In this document: positions 7,657 to 20,359 of the stretch, piece by piece
Layout: each line of letters opens with the position of its first letter
Numbering within the stretch: the stretch's first letter is position 1
Source of the DNA: an uncultured Candidatus Saccharibacteria bacterium
GTDB lineage: Bacteria > Patescibacteriota > Minisyncoccia > Phycocordibacterales > JAACPR01
Direction: 5' to 3'
NCBI GenBank assembly: GCA_964574865.1
Contig: CAZNOT010000001.1
Span: forward strand, 1-61,611
DNA length: 61,611 bases
Made by a program: the position numbers and the translations under genes
The notes under the pieces: model-generated
Database searches by the model: none
The model's input: only the letters and a program-made list of their open reading frames with translations
What the model was told of the DNA's origin: nothing

Positions 7657-8796
7657 CTAGCCGGTCAGGCCCGGAATCTCTCGCCCTTCAGCCTCCTCTC
7701 GCCGAATAGGCCTCGAGTATCCGCCCATCGACGAAACAATTCCCAGCATGCAAGCGGTGGCGAGCATCGAAGACCCGCCGTAAGACATCAGCGGCAACGG
7801 AATTCCCGTCACCGGAGCCACGCCCGTGTTCATGCCGACGTGAATAGCGCCGTGCGCCAAAAGGTACACGGCGACCCCCGACGCGAACAGCGTCTCAAAA
7901 TTGGTTGCCCCGCGCCGCGCCGATAAAACCACCCGCCACACCAAGACACCGTAGAGCGAGAGCAGCGTGACCGTTCCGAAGAAACCCCACTCCTCGGCGA
8001 AGGCGGCAAAGATGAAGTCGGTGTGCCGCTCGGGCAGGTAGCGTAGGCGGGACTGAGTGCCGAAGCCGATCCCCTTCCCCCAGAGCTCTCCCGAGCCGAC
8101 CGCGACGGTCGCCTGGAGCGCGTTGTAGCCGGCGCCCCGCGCATCGGCGAGCGGATCGATGAAGGTCAGAATGCGCTGCTTCTGGTAGGCGTCGAATCCG
8201 TAGAACCAGAGCAAAGTGAAGGCGGCCGCGCCCGCGACCAGAACCGCGCCCAGGTGCCGCCGTGACAGCCCCGCCACGAGCGTCATTCCGAACCAAATCG
8301 CGAAGACGATGATGGCGCCGCCGAAGTCCGGCTGCACGAGGACTAGCGCGAAAATGCCGAGGGCGTAGGCACCCGAGGCGATGATGTGGCGAAAATCCTT
8401 CACCTCCGCGTGGCGGCGCGCGAAGTATTTTGCCAGGAGGAGCATCAGCGCGAGCTTCGCGAACTCGACCGGCTGGAAACCGAACGACCCGAGCCGAAAC
8501 CAGCTCTGCGCGCCCTTGGCCACGGTCCCGACAGCGAAGAGCGCCACGAGGAGCGCGCAGACGCCGCCGTAGAGCCAGAGCGCCACGCCCGAACGACGAA
8601 AGACGCGCGCATCGATGCGCGAGAGCGCCACGAACGCGGCCGCCGAGACCGCAAGCCACGTCACCTGGCGGCTCACGAGCGCGAGGTCGCCGCCGTAGGA
8701 GGCCATGGTGAGCATCCCCGCGCCGCTGACGGCCAGGGCTGCGGCGACCATCACCCAGTCGACGCGACGGCTCCCGCTACCTAACCCGAGGGGCAT
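7657..8796 (-). CDS. ftsW: SEDS-family peptidoglycan polymerase (FtsW/RodA)
   Basis: The 379-aa polytopic protein carries typical FtsW/RodA motifs (FQPVEFAKL, QPDFGGAII, TDFIFAAFAEEWGF, PLPLMSYGGSS). Confidence 0.85.
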   Translation of the reverse strand: MPLGLGSGSRRVDWVMVAAALAVSGAGMLTMASYGGDLALVSRQVTWLAVSAAAFVALSRIDARVFRRSGVALWLYGGVCALLVALFAVGTVAKGAQSWFRLGSFGFQPVEFAKLALMLLLAKYFARRHAEVKDFRHIIASGAYALGIFALVLVQPDFGGAIIVFAIWFGMTLVAGLSRRHLGAVLVAGAAAFTLLWFYGFDAYQKQRILTFIDPLADARGAGYNALQATVAVGSGELWGKGIGFGTQSRLRYLPERHTDFIFAAFAEEWGFFGTVTLLSLYGVLVWRVVLSARRGATNFETLFASGVAVYLLAHGAIHVGMNTGVAPVTGIPLPLMSYGGSSMLATACMLGIVSSMGGYSRPIRREEAEGREIPGLTG

Positions 8797-9544
8797 CGTA
8801 AATTGGAACCACCTCGAGGCTGGTGGCGACGGCGGTCCAGGGCGCAGGCCACGTGAACGTCACCTCTCGCTCCTCGCCCGCGCCGAGGCGGTCCACCCAG
8901 GTCCGAGACGCGGCGACAGCGTTCCGGTCGATACCGTACACGAGCGCCACCACGGCGACGCGGTCGATCGGCAGCACGCCGAGGTTCTGGATCGAGGCGC
9001 GGACGCGAGGTTCGGCCCCCTGAATTTCGATACGCTCATCGACAACCGCGACCGGGCGCGACTCAGGCTCCGCCTGAACCCAAACCGGGTCGGAGAGCCA
9101 CTCGAAGCTGGCGCGGGACGCGGTACGCTCGCCGGTATCGAGGCCGAGCTCGACGACCGGCAGCACGGACTGCGGGTCGAGGTCGGCGACGCCTTCGCGC
9201 TCGGCCACCGTTACATCGTCCTGATCGTAGACGCGGACGCGGTAGCGAACGCCATCGGCGCGAGCGGCAGAATTGGAGTTTTCGACCAGCGCCACGACGT
9301 TGTACCGCCCCTTCGAGACCGGAAAAGCGCGCACCCACGAGAGGACCGGCGGGTTCACCTCGCGCGTGCAAACGAGGGCGCAGACGCCGCCGCAGTCGAC
9401 CCCACGCTCGCCGCCGTTCTGAATCCCGTCGTCGCAGCTAGGGCGCTCCCACAGAAGGTAGGTTGCCACGGCGACGACCGGGACGATGACAATCAGCGAC
9501 AGGGCCGAGAGGATTCCAAACTGGCGGCGGGAGCTCCAGGACAT
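8777..9544 (-). CDS. hypothetical membrane-anchored protein with a Cys-rich motif
   Basis: It has an N-terminal TM segment, then CDDGIQNGGERGVDCGGVCALVC, then a beta-rich region. It overlaps the ftsW start by 20 nt. Confidence 0.6.
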   Translation of the reverse strand: MSWSSRRQFGILSALSLIVIVPVVAVATYLLWERPSCDDGIQNGGERGVDCGGVCALVCTREVNPPVLSWVRAFPVSKGRYNVVALVENSNSAARADGVRYRVRVYDQDDVTVAEREGVADLDPQSVLPVVELGLDTGERTASRASFEWLSDPVWVQAEPESRPVAVVDERIEIQGAEPRVRASIQNLGVLPIDRVAVVALVYGIDRNAVAASRTWVDRLGAGEEREVTFTWPAPWTAVATSLEVVPIYDAPRVR

Positions 9545-9554
9545 AATGTTGCAG

Positions 9555-10499
9555 CTAGCTAATCAGGCCGCTGAGGACGAGGATCCCCCAAGCGGCGAGC
9601 CCGGCCCAGACAAAGCCGCGCACCCAAGGACGACGCTCGCGAGCCAGCGCGCGCTCGGCCGCCGTGTCGGCGAGGACCCGGGAAAGCTCGACTAAAAAAA
9701 TCACGAGGAGCGGCAACCCCGCCAGGAGGTAGCCGGCAACGAAGATTCCCCACGCCCACGGAGCGGCCGAGCCGTTCGGGCCGACGCTCGCGGCGACGAG
9801 GATCGCGAACGGCGCGGCGAGGGCGGCGAGGGCGGCGAAGCCCGCGGCGAGACGTGAGCCGACGATCCAGCCGCGGCCCTCCGACAGCCCGGCGCTCCGC
9901 TCGAGGCTCGCCAAACCTCGCGCGCCCCCGGACGTGGCAATCGGGAAAGCAAAGACCAGCTTCCCGAAGAGAGCGGCGCTCGCCGCGACGGCGGCAATCA
10001 CGGCGACGGCGACGACCGCGAGAGCCGTCGAGACGACCGTTTCGATCGAGCGGCCAAAGACGGCCGAGGTCGCGAACGAGACAGCCGCCGTCACGTGCGG
10101 CGTCACCAGGAGCGCCGTGACCGGAACGACCGAGAGCGCCAGGGCGACGAGCGAGGCAACCCAGAGCGTCGGCCAGAACACCTTCGCGCCGGCCGCGTAG
10201 ATCGAGGCCACGGACACCTTCGGCAGGTCGTCGCGGGAAGCCGCAAGGCCGCCCATAGCGAGACACTGCAAGACCAGCTCCACGACGCCGACGCCCGCGA
10301 GCGCGAGCGCCCGAGTCACGTAGCCTCCAAAGTCCGACGGGTCGCCCGCGAGCGCGAGGCCGATCTGCCCCACCGCGAAGACCGCGAAGACCGGCAAGAA
10401 CGCCCGCGCCACACCCGAAAAACCGGCGCGGTAGCGGCGCACGCTCTCCGCGAGCACGCTCGTGGCCGTCGGGACGCCGCGGGATAGTTCGCTGCTCAT
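9555..10499 (-). CDS. hypothetical polytopic membrane protein
   Basis: The 314-aa protein has multiple hydrophobic helices. No family was recognised. Confidence 0.5.
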   Translation of the reverse strand: MSSELSRGVPTATSVLAESVRRYRAGFSGVARAFLPVFAVFAVGQIGLALAGDPSDFGGYVTRALALAGVGVVELVLQCLAMGGLAASRDDLPKVSVASIYAAGAKVFWPTLWVASLVALALSVVPVTALLVTPHVTAAVSFATSAVFGRSIETVVSTALAVVAVAVIAAVAASAALFGKLVFAFPIATSGGARGLASLERSAGLSEGRGWIVGSRLAAGFAALAALAAPFAILVAASVGPNGSAAPWAWGIFVAGYLLAGLPLLVIFLVELSRVLADTAAERALARERRPWVRGFVWAGLAAWGILVLSGLIS

Positions 10500-10597
10500 G
10501 GTGTTCTCATCGCCGGCTAATCGACGGCAATTCTAGCAAGGAAAAACACCCGCCGGGCGTCGCTCTTTCAGGCGGCAACCGCGCGGCAGCGGTCGGG

Positions 10598-10695
10598 GAC
10601 GACAGTCTCGGGCGAGACGAAACGAAAAAGCCCCGACGGTGTACGCGTGTACTCCGAGGGGCTTTTTCGTTTGTCGCAGCCGAGAATGGAGTTCC
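10598..10695 (-). repeat. terminator-associated repeat, copy T1 (after 5S rRNA)
   Basis: It aligns over about 100 nt, with only scattered mismatches, to 26084-26183. A long A/T-flanked hairpin carries the tip gacggtgtacgcgtgtactccgagg (10635-10658). Confidence 0.8.
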
Positions 10696-10711
10696 CGACC
10701 TCGAATGTTCT

Positions 10712-10826
10712 GTACTGGCGGCTAGCTACTCTCCCGAGCAAAGCTCAGTACCATCGCCGCTACGGTGCTTAACTGCCGTGTTCGGAATGGGAACGGGTGT
10801 TTCCACCGCGCCGAGCCACCAGAACG
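10712..10826 (-). rRNA. rrf: 5S rRNA
   Basis: The reverse complement reads ...CTGGTGGCTCGGCGCGGTGGAAACACCCGTTCCCATTCCGAACACGGCAGTTAAGC...GGGAGAGTAGCTAGCCGCCAG, with terminal helix I pairing. The ends are accurate to within a few nt. Confidence 0.85.
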
Positions 10827-10954
10827 CAACATTCGATATTTTTGAAAAGTTTTTGGCGCGTGCCCTGGGCACGACCAACACTTATTCCGACGCGCGCCGT
10901 CAGATTTTTTCTGACGGAGCGATACCCATAAACGCAATTGTGATTTCCAACTTC

Positions 10955-14328
<3,374 letters not shown>

Positions 14329-14602
14329 GGAAAGCTGAAAACCACAATTGCGTTTACGGGTATCCCCCTCGCCCGCGAAAAGACCCAAAACGGGTATTCG
14401 GGCGGAGGGCATCGGTTTTTCAAGAAAGCAATCCTGGCAACCGTGTTCTCGTCCGGGACCGAGGAGAAAGCCCGAGCGGGCGCTCTCCTCGGTCCCTAAC
14501 GTCGCTGCCGCCCTTTCGGGCGGCGAGACGAGCTAAAAATAGCCCACCAAGACCTCCCTAAGGAATGCTGCGAATCTTTAACATCCGTATAGAACGCGCG
14601 GA

Positions 14603-14630
14603 ATTATACGCACGGATAGGACGGTGTCAA
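14603..14630 (-). promoter_or_regulatory. rRNA operon promoter (TTGACA-N16-TATAAT)
   Basis: Consensus hexamers lie on the minus strand about 275 nt upstream of the 23S 5' end. AT-rich sequence lies immediately upstream. Confidence 0.65.
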
Positions 14631-14683
14631 ACGCTTTATTCGTAAGGGTTTATTATGGTTTAAGCTGATTTTTGGGGACAAAA

Positions 14684-14714
14684 GAAGAGCCGCTCCCTGC
14701 GGGGGCGGCTCTTC
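14684..14714 (-). terminator. intrinsic terminator after the 14734..15414 gene
   Basis: The stem is GAAGAGCCGC/GCGGCTCTTC, followed on the minus strand by a T-rich run. Confidence 0.6.
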
Positions 14715-14733
14715 CCGGAGAAAACTGAGCCGA

Positions 14734-15414
14734 CTAGCGCTCGGAAACCTCGCTGCGGACCTTCTCGATCAGGCGAGCCGCAGCATCCTTGCCGCCAAGG
14801 CCGAAGGCGAGGCCCACGGCGAGCGAAAAGGCGACCACGATGCCGGTCACGACGGTCTGGATCAAGATGGCACCGACCCCGAGTTCGACCAGGGCGATCG
14901 AAGCACCGAAGATCCAGATAGCCCACTTGGCGATCGCGCCGGTCGCGTTCGCGGCCGAGACGCTCGTGGCCTTCGCCGAGGCGACGACCAGCTTGCGGAC
15001 GGCGTCCGCGATGATAACCGTGGCGACGAGGACCAGCGCCGCGGTGATCACGTTGACGACGAAGGCGAGCACGCCGTCCTTGAGGAAGGCGTTAACCTCG
15101 TCGAGACCCAGGATGTCCAAGGTCGCGATGAGGAAGGCGACGATGACGAACCAGCGAACGAGCTCGCCGACGAACTTGCCGGCGTTCAGGTTGTAGCCGG
15201 CGCGGGAGACGACGCGGTCGAGGCCGATGGCCGCGAGCGCGGAGTCAATCTTAGCGGCCTTGAAGATCTGCTCGATAGCCTTCGCGAGGATCGACGCGAC
15301 GAGCGCGCCGACGGCGAACACAATAACGGCGATTACGATCTGCGGGCCAACGGTCGCGACGCCTGCCCCGAGCTGGGAGAGGGCCGACTGTACCGGAGAG
15401 AGGTACGGATTCAT
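14734..15414 (-). CDS. membrane protein with repeated conserved TM-helix motifs (MscS N-terminal-like)
   Basis: The 226-aa protein has about 5 TM helices with repeated hydrophobic-helix plus amphipathic-linker units. The family assignment is from memory only. Confidence 0.5.
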   Translation of the reverse strand: MNPYLSPVQSALSQLGAGVATVGPQIVIAVIVFAVGALVASILAKAIEQIFKAAKIDSALAAIGLDRVVSRAGYNLNAGKFVGELVRWFVIVAFLIATLDILGLDEVNAFLKDGVLAFVVNVITAALVLVATVIIADAVRKLVVASAKATSVSAANATGAIAKWAIWIFGASIALVELGVGAILIQTVVTGIVVAFSLAVGLAFGLGGKDAAARLIEKVRSEVSER

Positions 15415-15672
15415 AGCGCTTATTTAAATCGTGACGGTTAACCGGTTCTTAAACTTAGCTTCGGAGCCGAACGTACTTTGGCTTGACGCCAGAGCCCGGG
15501 TAGCCCCGATGCTCCCGTCTATTCTACACCCGGGAGAGGGGTAACAAGGGTCAAGGATAAAGAACGGGAACGAGGGCAGAAGGCGTAGGGCGGAAGGGTG
15601 GTCGGGCCTGCGGCCTGTCTCTTTTTTTCAGCCCCCACTTCTGCCCTCCGCCTTACGCCTTCTGCCGTCGCC

Positions 15673-16269
15673 TTACTGGGCCAGCCCCTGCTTGTCGATC
15701 AAAACCTCGTGCGGGTACTCAAAGATATCGCGGACGAGCCGGTCGCACATGCCGAGGCGGTAGCGGAAGTCGGCCGTCGGGAAAATAGCGTAGCGGAGCT
15801 GTCGCCCAATCTCGGCTTCGAGATCAGCGATGGCCGTCTTGAGGCCGCGGTCCTTGAGATCATCGCCCACGACGAGGAGGTCGAGCCGTCCGTCCTGGTC
15901 GTTCTGGAAGAGCCCCGCCGCCACGATGAGCTGAATCTTCCCGTGTCGCGCGATGCGCTTAGCGACGGCGCGACGATCGACGGAGACCGAGAGGAACAGG
16001 TCGCGGAAAGCCGCCGCGTGCGGAAAATCTGGGTGGAGGCCGTAGCCCGAGGAGCGGCGCCTGCGGCCGTCGTTCTCACGGGTGACGACGCGTTCCTTGA
16101 TGACGCCGACGGCGCGCAGAAGCCGGAGCTCTTTCTGCGCTTCGCGTTGGGAAACCCGGGCGCGCGAGGCGACCTCGCCTCGGGTGAGCACATCCACGGG
16201 ACTGAACAGGAACAGCTTCATGAGCTTCACCCGCGCCGCGCTGCCGAAGAGTTTCTCGAATGCTTCCAT
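15673..16269 (-). CDS. putative winged-helix DNA-binding protein with a C-terminal nucleotidyltransferase-like region
   Basis: The N-terminus RVKLMKLFLFSP...LTRGEVASRARVSQREAQKELRLLRAVGVI resembles an ArsR-type wHTH. The C-terminal segment contains DLLVVGD. Confidence 0.5.
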   Translation of the reverse strand: MEAFEKLFGSAARVKLMKLFLFSPVDVLTRGEVASRARVSQREAQKELRLLRAVGVIKERVVTRENDGRRRRSSGYGLHPDFPHAAAFRDLFLSVSVDRRAVAKRIARHGKIQLIVAAGLFQNDQDGRLDLLVVGDDLKDRGLKTAIADLEAEIGRQLRYAIFPTADFRYRLGMCDRLVRDIFEYPHEVLIDKQGLAQ

Positions 16270-16449
16270 GGTGTTGGTGGAGTTTCAGCTGCCGACGAAC
16301 TTCGCAGCCACGACAGCCAGCGCGACCCCGGCGGCTACAATCGCCGCGAAGCCGAGCACGAATGGCATAGCCCGCTCAATCGCCCGCATCCGCCGAATTG
16401 TACCAGAGCCGAGTGCCCGAGCAGGCACGGGAGACTTACCGTCGGCAAA

Positions 16450-17613
16450 TCAAGCGCCAGCGCGAACTGGTTTGCCGTCTGGGCGGCGGAGCGTGACAAA
16501 GTGGGTAGGTATTGCGAAAGAGGCCGACGTGGCAATAGATGCAGGAGCGGTAGTGGCGGAAGAGGGCGATGCTAAGAGCAGGTCGGAGAGGGCGTTCGGG
16601 ACATCGATGCGGCCGCCAGGAAAAAGGATGGTGTCAGGCGGAATCTCGAAGGAGTCACCGGCGGCTTCGAGGCGGAAGCCGCCGAGGTTCAGCTCGTGCG
16701 GTGAGCGGCTGAGAATGGCCACCGAGCCGTCTTCGCCCTCGGTGGCGGCGAGGCTCACCTGGGCTTCCACGACGACCACGGTGGCGCGGGAGGTCGCCGC
16801 GGCGCCTCCGGCCCCCTTCGCGTTGAGGACCACCGCGTAGGTGCCCGGGAAACGGTACGAGTGGCGGCCGTGGCGGCCTCGGGAAGCGGCGCCATCACCC
16901 CAGGACCACGAGTAGCTAGCCCGGGCGGCCCCTTCCGTCTCTGGCTCAATCGCCAGCTCTGCCCCGACGGGCACGACGCGATCGCGGCCGGCGTCGACCT
17001 CGAGCGGTACCTTGCGCCGCACGGTCGTGAGGCCACCCGTGCCGCTGTGGGCCGAGATAGCCGTGACGGTCGGCGAGGAGGACGAGGCGACCGCCGGCGG
17101 GTCTTCCCTGTCGGCGTTACGGGCGCCCGGTGTAGCCGACGCGGCGACCCACGAAACGCCCGAGCGCTGCCAAGACTTTCCGTCCGAAGCGCCAGCCGAC
17201 GAGGCCCACTCCGCCGAGGAAAACTCATCGCCATCGGAATCGACGAGCGCGATCCGCTCGCCCGAGTTCGAGAGCGAGAACGCCGAATCGAACACCGGGG
17301 CGACGTTCGGGTAATCTGCCGAGAAGCTCTCGGGCTTATCGGCCACAATCGCGTAGCCGCCAGCTGGGACAACCGCGGGAGCACCGCCGAACGGCGTAAT
17401 TTTGTGGTTCGTTCCGCCCTCGAGCAGGAACGCCGCGCCCAGATCGAAATCCGAAGCTGTATCGTTCCATATTTCGACCCACTCCCGACCGGTATCGGTG
17501 CCGGCGGGGTCGTACATGATTTCCGAGACGACCACGGCCGCGAGAGTAGGCACGGGAACGAGTGCCTGAATAAGCAAGGAAACGGCCGTTCGGGCAAAAA
17601 GTTTTTTACGCAT
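16450..17613 (-). CDS. secreted protein with lamin-tail domain(s) and a PKD-like domain
   Basis: It has a signal peptide, then an LTD-like block (VVSEIMYDPAGTDTGREWVEIWN...SLSNSGERIALVDSDG), a PKD-like block (YSWSWGDG...YRFPGTYAVVLNA), and a second LTD-like C-terminus. Confidence 0.7.
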   Translation of the reverse strand: MRKKLFARTAVSLLIQALVPVPTLAAVVVSEIMYDPAGTDTGREWVEIWNDTASDFDLGAAFLLEGGTNHKITPFGGAPAVVPAGGYAIVADKPESFSADYPNVAPVFDSAFSLSNSGERIALVDSDGDEFSSAEWASSAGASDGKSWQRSGVSWVAASATPGARNADREDPPAVASSSSPTVTAISAHSGTGGLTTVRRKVPLEVDAGRDRVVPVGAELAIEPETEGAARASYSWSWGDGAASRGRHGRHSYRFPGTYAVVLNAKGAGGAAATSRATVVVVEAQVSLAATEGEDGSVAILSRSPHELNLGGFRLEAAGDSFEIPPDTILFPGGRIDVPNALSDLLLASPSSATTAPASIATSASFAIPTHFVTLRRPDGKPVRAGA

Positions 17614-17727
17614 GGCGCGCAGGGTAACTCTCGAGACCTCATCCGACGGTTAGGTGGAAGTAACCTCCCGCTAACCTTACCCCGCGAAACGGCAAATCGT
17701 GGATTGCGTCTGCGTTTTAACTAAAAA

Positions 17728-17757
17728 GCGAAAAGCACCCTTTCGGGTGCTTTTCGC
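17728..17757 (-). terminator. intrinsic (bidirectional) terminator hairpin
   Basis: The hairpin GCGAAAAGCACCC-TTTC-GGGTGCTTTTCGC lies between two minus-strand genes. Confidence 0.7.
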
Positions 17758-17810
17758 TTAACTACACTTCGGTCTCTAGGTCAGAGCCAGAAGCTTCATT
17801 CGAGGTTCTC

Positions 17811-19691
17811 TTAGAGAGCCTGGAGGAGGAGCTTCGGAGTCTTGAACTCGGAGAGATCGATCGTGTAGAAGTTGTCAGCCGCGGCGTCGTTAGACTCATC
17901 GTCCCAGTTGAAGCCAGTGAGCTGAATCTGCTGGAAGCCATCGCCCGCCGTACCGCCAGTCTCGAGAACGACCTGCAGAGTGAACGTGCGGGTGTTGCCC
18001 TCGGAGATCTTGTAGTACGTCGAGTTGTCGCCGGTGGTCGAGCCAGAAGCCTCGACAGTGGCACCGATGATGGTCGAGGTGCCGGTCACCTCAGACGTGG
18101 TGGCCCAGAAGAAGCCTTCGCCGAGCGTACCCGGAGTCGAGCTCGAGGTCTGCTGGACGGTCTTATCGATGTACATGTCCTCGCCGCTGGCGGTGACATC
18201 GAACACGATGGTGAAGGTACCCTGGTCCTCCTCGCCCGAAGCGTCAGCGATGAAGCTCTTCGTCGCGGTCGGGTTGCCGTTGAGCTCAACCTGGACGCCG
18301 TCGACGCGAACCTCAATCTCGCCACCGTACAGGTTGTCGGAGACGGTCACGCTGTCGCCCTCGGAGTCCTCGGCATCAATGCCGGAGCCCGGAACGTAAG
18401 CGTAGAACTCGAAGCCGTTGGTGAAGTTGTCCTCCTGGGACTCGATGTCCGCGTAGACAACAACCTCAACCTCCTCGTCCTCCTCGATCGCGAAGTCGTC
18501 CTCGAGGTCCTCGAAGGAGACGGTCACGGTCGCGTAGCCAGACGGGACAGACTCGGACGAGATCTCGTCGCCGTCAACCTCGAGGCGGAGAGTCTTGATG
18601 ACATCCGCGAGAGTGTTGGTGGCAGACATGGTCGTCGAAGCGAGCTTGACGTCGAGCTCGTCGATCGTGTTGTCAGACGAGTTCGCCTCAATGGTGAAGC
18701 GCATGATCTCGACACCCTCGGTCTCGGACTCCTCGTCAGCGAAGACCGTGCGGTCCTCGTTGTCGTCGTTGTCGAGCGAGAGGTCAAGGTCACCAGCGTC
18801 CGGACCCTGGAAGGTCACGGTGCGCTCGTCGGCAGCAGCGTCCACGTCCGTGTTGTCCTCACCCTCGTAGATGTCGATGCCCTCGGCGTCAACAACGCGG
18901 AGGCCGTCGTTCGGGATCATGACGTCGAACGTCGCGCCCTCATCCTCGGTGTCGAGGCTGTTGACCGCGGTGAGCTCAACGTAGAACTTGGCGGTGTCGT
19001 CCTCATCCACAACCGCGTCGATGTTCTCGAAGCGGAAGGAGTAAAGATCGTCAGCCTCTTCGTTCCACTCGTCCTCGTCGTCGAGGCCCTCAACAGAAGC
19101 GACCTCGTCGTCCCCCATGTAGAGGACAGCGGACTCGATGTAGTCCCACGGGTCGTTAGAGTCGTTGGCATCGCCGATGGTCGCGGTCGTCGCCGAAGCG
19201 AAGACCTCGAGGCGCTCAACGCGGAGGTCGGAGCCGTCAGCCTCGAATTCGAAGCCGATGACGTTCTTCGACTCACCCTCGTCGAGGTCCTCGTCGCCAG
19301 GGTTACCGAGGACGTCGTAGTCCTTGATATCACCCTCGCCGCCGGAGAGCTCGTCGTCGCCGTTGTCGTCACCGTTGTCGTCGTCGCCGTTGTCGTCAGA
19401 CATGGCGTTGAAGTGAGCGCGGGTGATCGGACCGAAGTAACCGACCGCCGGCGCGATGCCGTTGGCAGCCTGGTACTTGGCGAGCGCGGACTTGGTAAGA
19501 GCACCGAAGTAACCCTTCGCAACGCCGGCCGGGATGACGAGAGCACCCTTGGCCTCGAGCGTGGTCTGAAGGCTGGAGACATCAGCACCCGTGGACCCGA
19601 TGGTCAGGTCGCGGGTGTAGGTCGCCGCGGAGGCGACGGTCGCCGAGAAGGCAACCGCGACGCCGACCGCAACTGCAATAAGCTTTTTCAT
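17811..19691 (-). CDS. highly acidic secreted protein with an N-terminal peptidoglycan-binding domain
   Basis: It has a signal peptide (MKKLIAVAVGVAVAFSATVASA) and a PG_binding_1-like segment (GSTGADVSSLQTTLEAKG...ALAKYQAANGI). It then has about 500 aa that are very D/E/T/S-rich, including DDNGDDDNGDDNGDDE. Confidence 0.7.
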   Translation of the reverse strand: MKKLIAVAVGVAVAFSATVASAATYTRDLTIGSTGADVSSLQTTLEAKGALVIPAGVAKGYFGALTKSALAKYQAANGIAPAVGYFGPITRAHFNAMSDDNGDDDNGDDNGDDELSGGEGDIKDYDVLGNPGDEDLDEGESKNVIGFEFEADGSDLRVERLEVFASATTATIGDANDSNDPWDYIESAVLYMGDDEVASVEGLDDEDEWNEEADDLYSFRFENIDAVVDEDDTAKFYVELTAVNSLDTEDEGATFDVMIPNDGLRVVDAEGIDIYEGEDNTDVDAAADERTVTFQGPDAGDLDLSLDNDDNEDRTVFADEESETEGVEIMRFTIEANSSDNTIDELDVKLASTTMSATNTLADVIKTLRLEVDGDEISSESVPSGYATVTVSFEDLEDDFAIEEDEEVEVVVYADIESQEDNFTNGFEFYAYVPGSGIDAEDSEGDSVTVSDNLYGGEIEVRVDGVQVELNGNPTATKSFIADASGEEDQGTFTIVFDVTASGEDMYIDKTVQQTSSSTPGTLGEGFFWATTSEVTGTSTIIGATVEASGSTTGDNSTYYKISEGNTRTFTLQVVLETGGTAGDGFQQIQLTGFNWDDESNDAAADNFYTIDLSEFKTPKLLLQAL

Positions 19692-20359
19692 TGACTGGTG
19701 ATAATCGTCTCTCTGCGCCCCGAGTTGCTTGTAAGGGGTGGGGGCAGAGCGAGCGAGTTTGGTAAATGGCGTTTCTAAGTCTTGGGGGACTTACGCGCGC
19801 CGCCTCGGCCCCGTGAGGGGCTCCGCGACGCGCCGCCCGGTTTCTCTCGCGCCGGAAACGCGACGGGCATTTCGTACTTCCGTAAAACCGGAACTGCGGG
19901 AACGCCCCACCGCTTTCCGGGGTGGAGCGGGCACCGCCCTAGAGGCGACACCTTCGATCGTGAGACCAGACGCCGCGTCGACCGCGATGAAGCGGTTCGA
20001 CCGGCGCGGCGAAAGGTTGAGCTGCTGAAGCATCCAACACAGCTCGCAAAGAGCCGCGGCGGAGATGCCGGCAGGTTCCAATCTGAGGACGATTGAGACC
20101 TAAACTTTCTATTCGGTTCTCAACGTTCGGACGTGCAACCGTGTCTGCCGTACCTGCCGTGCTGCCCATTATAGCGTCTAGGCCGAAACCCGCGCGCCAC
20201 AAGGGCTATGTGGATAACCTCCGGGGACTTCCCCGCAGACGCTACCCAACTTCGCAGACTACCAGAAAAGCGTTCTCTGGTAAAGACTTCGCCTCAGACA
20301 TCCCTACCGGTAAGTAGACGCGGCCAGAGAGTCCAACTTACGGTTTACGGGGAGATTGG

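Noticed and set aside
19692-20359. RNase P RNA, tmRNA or SRP RNA as the identity of the long noncoding region.
   Set aside because: By-eye search on both strands found none of the signature motifs:
- no GAGGAAAGUCCGGGC / ACAGAACCCGGCUUA pair in the correct order
- no tRNA-like GGUUCGAAUCC...CCA end
- no tag-ORF context
- no GGAAGCAGCC SRP motif

The region is kept as an unassigned structured region in the findings.
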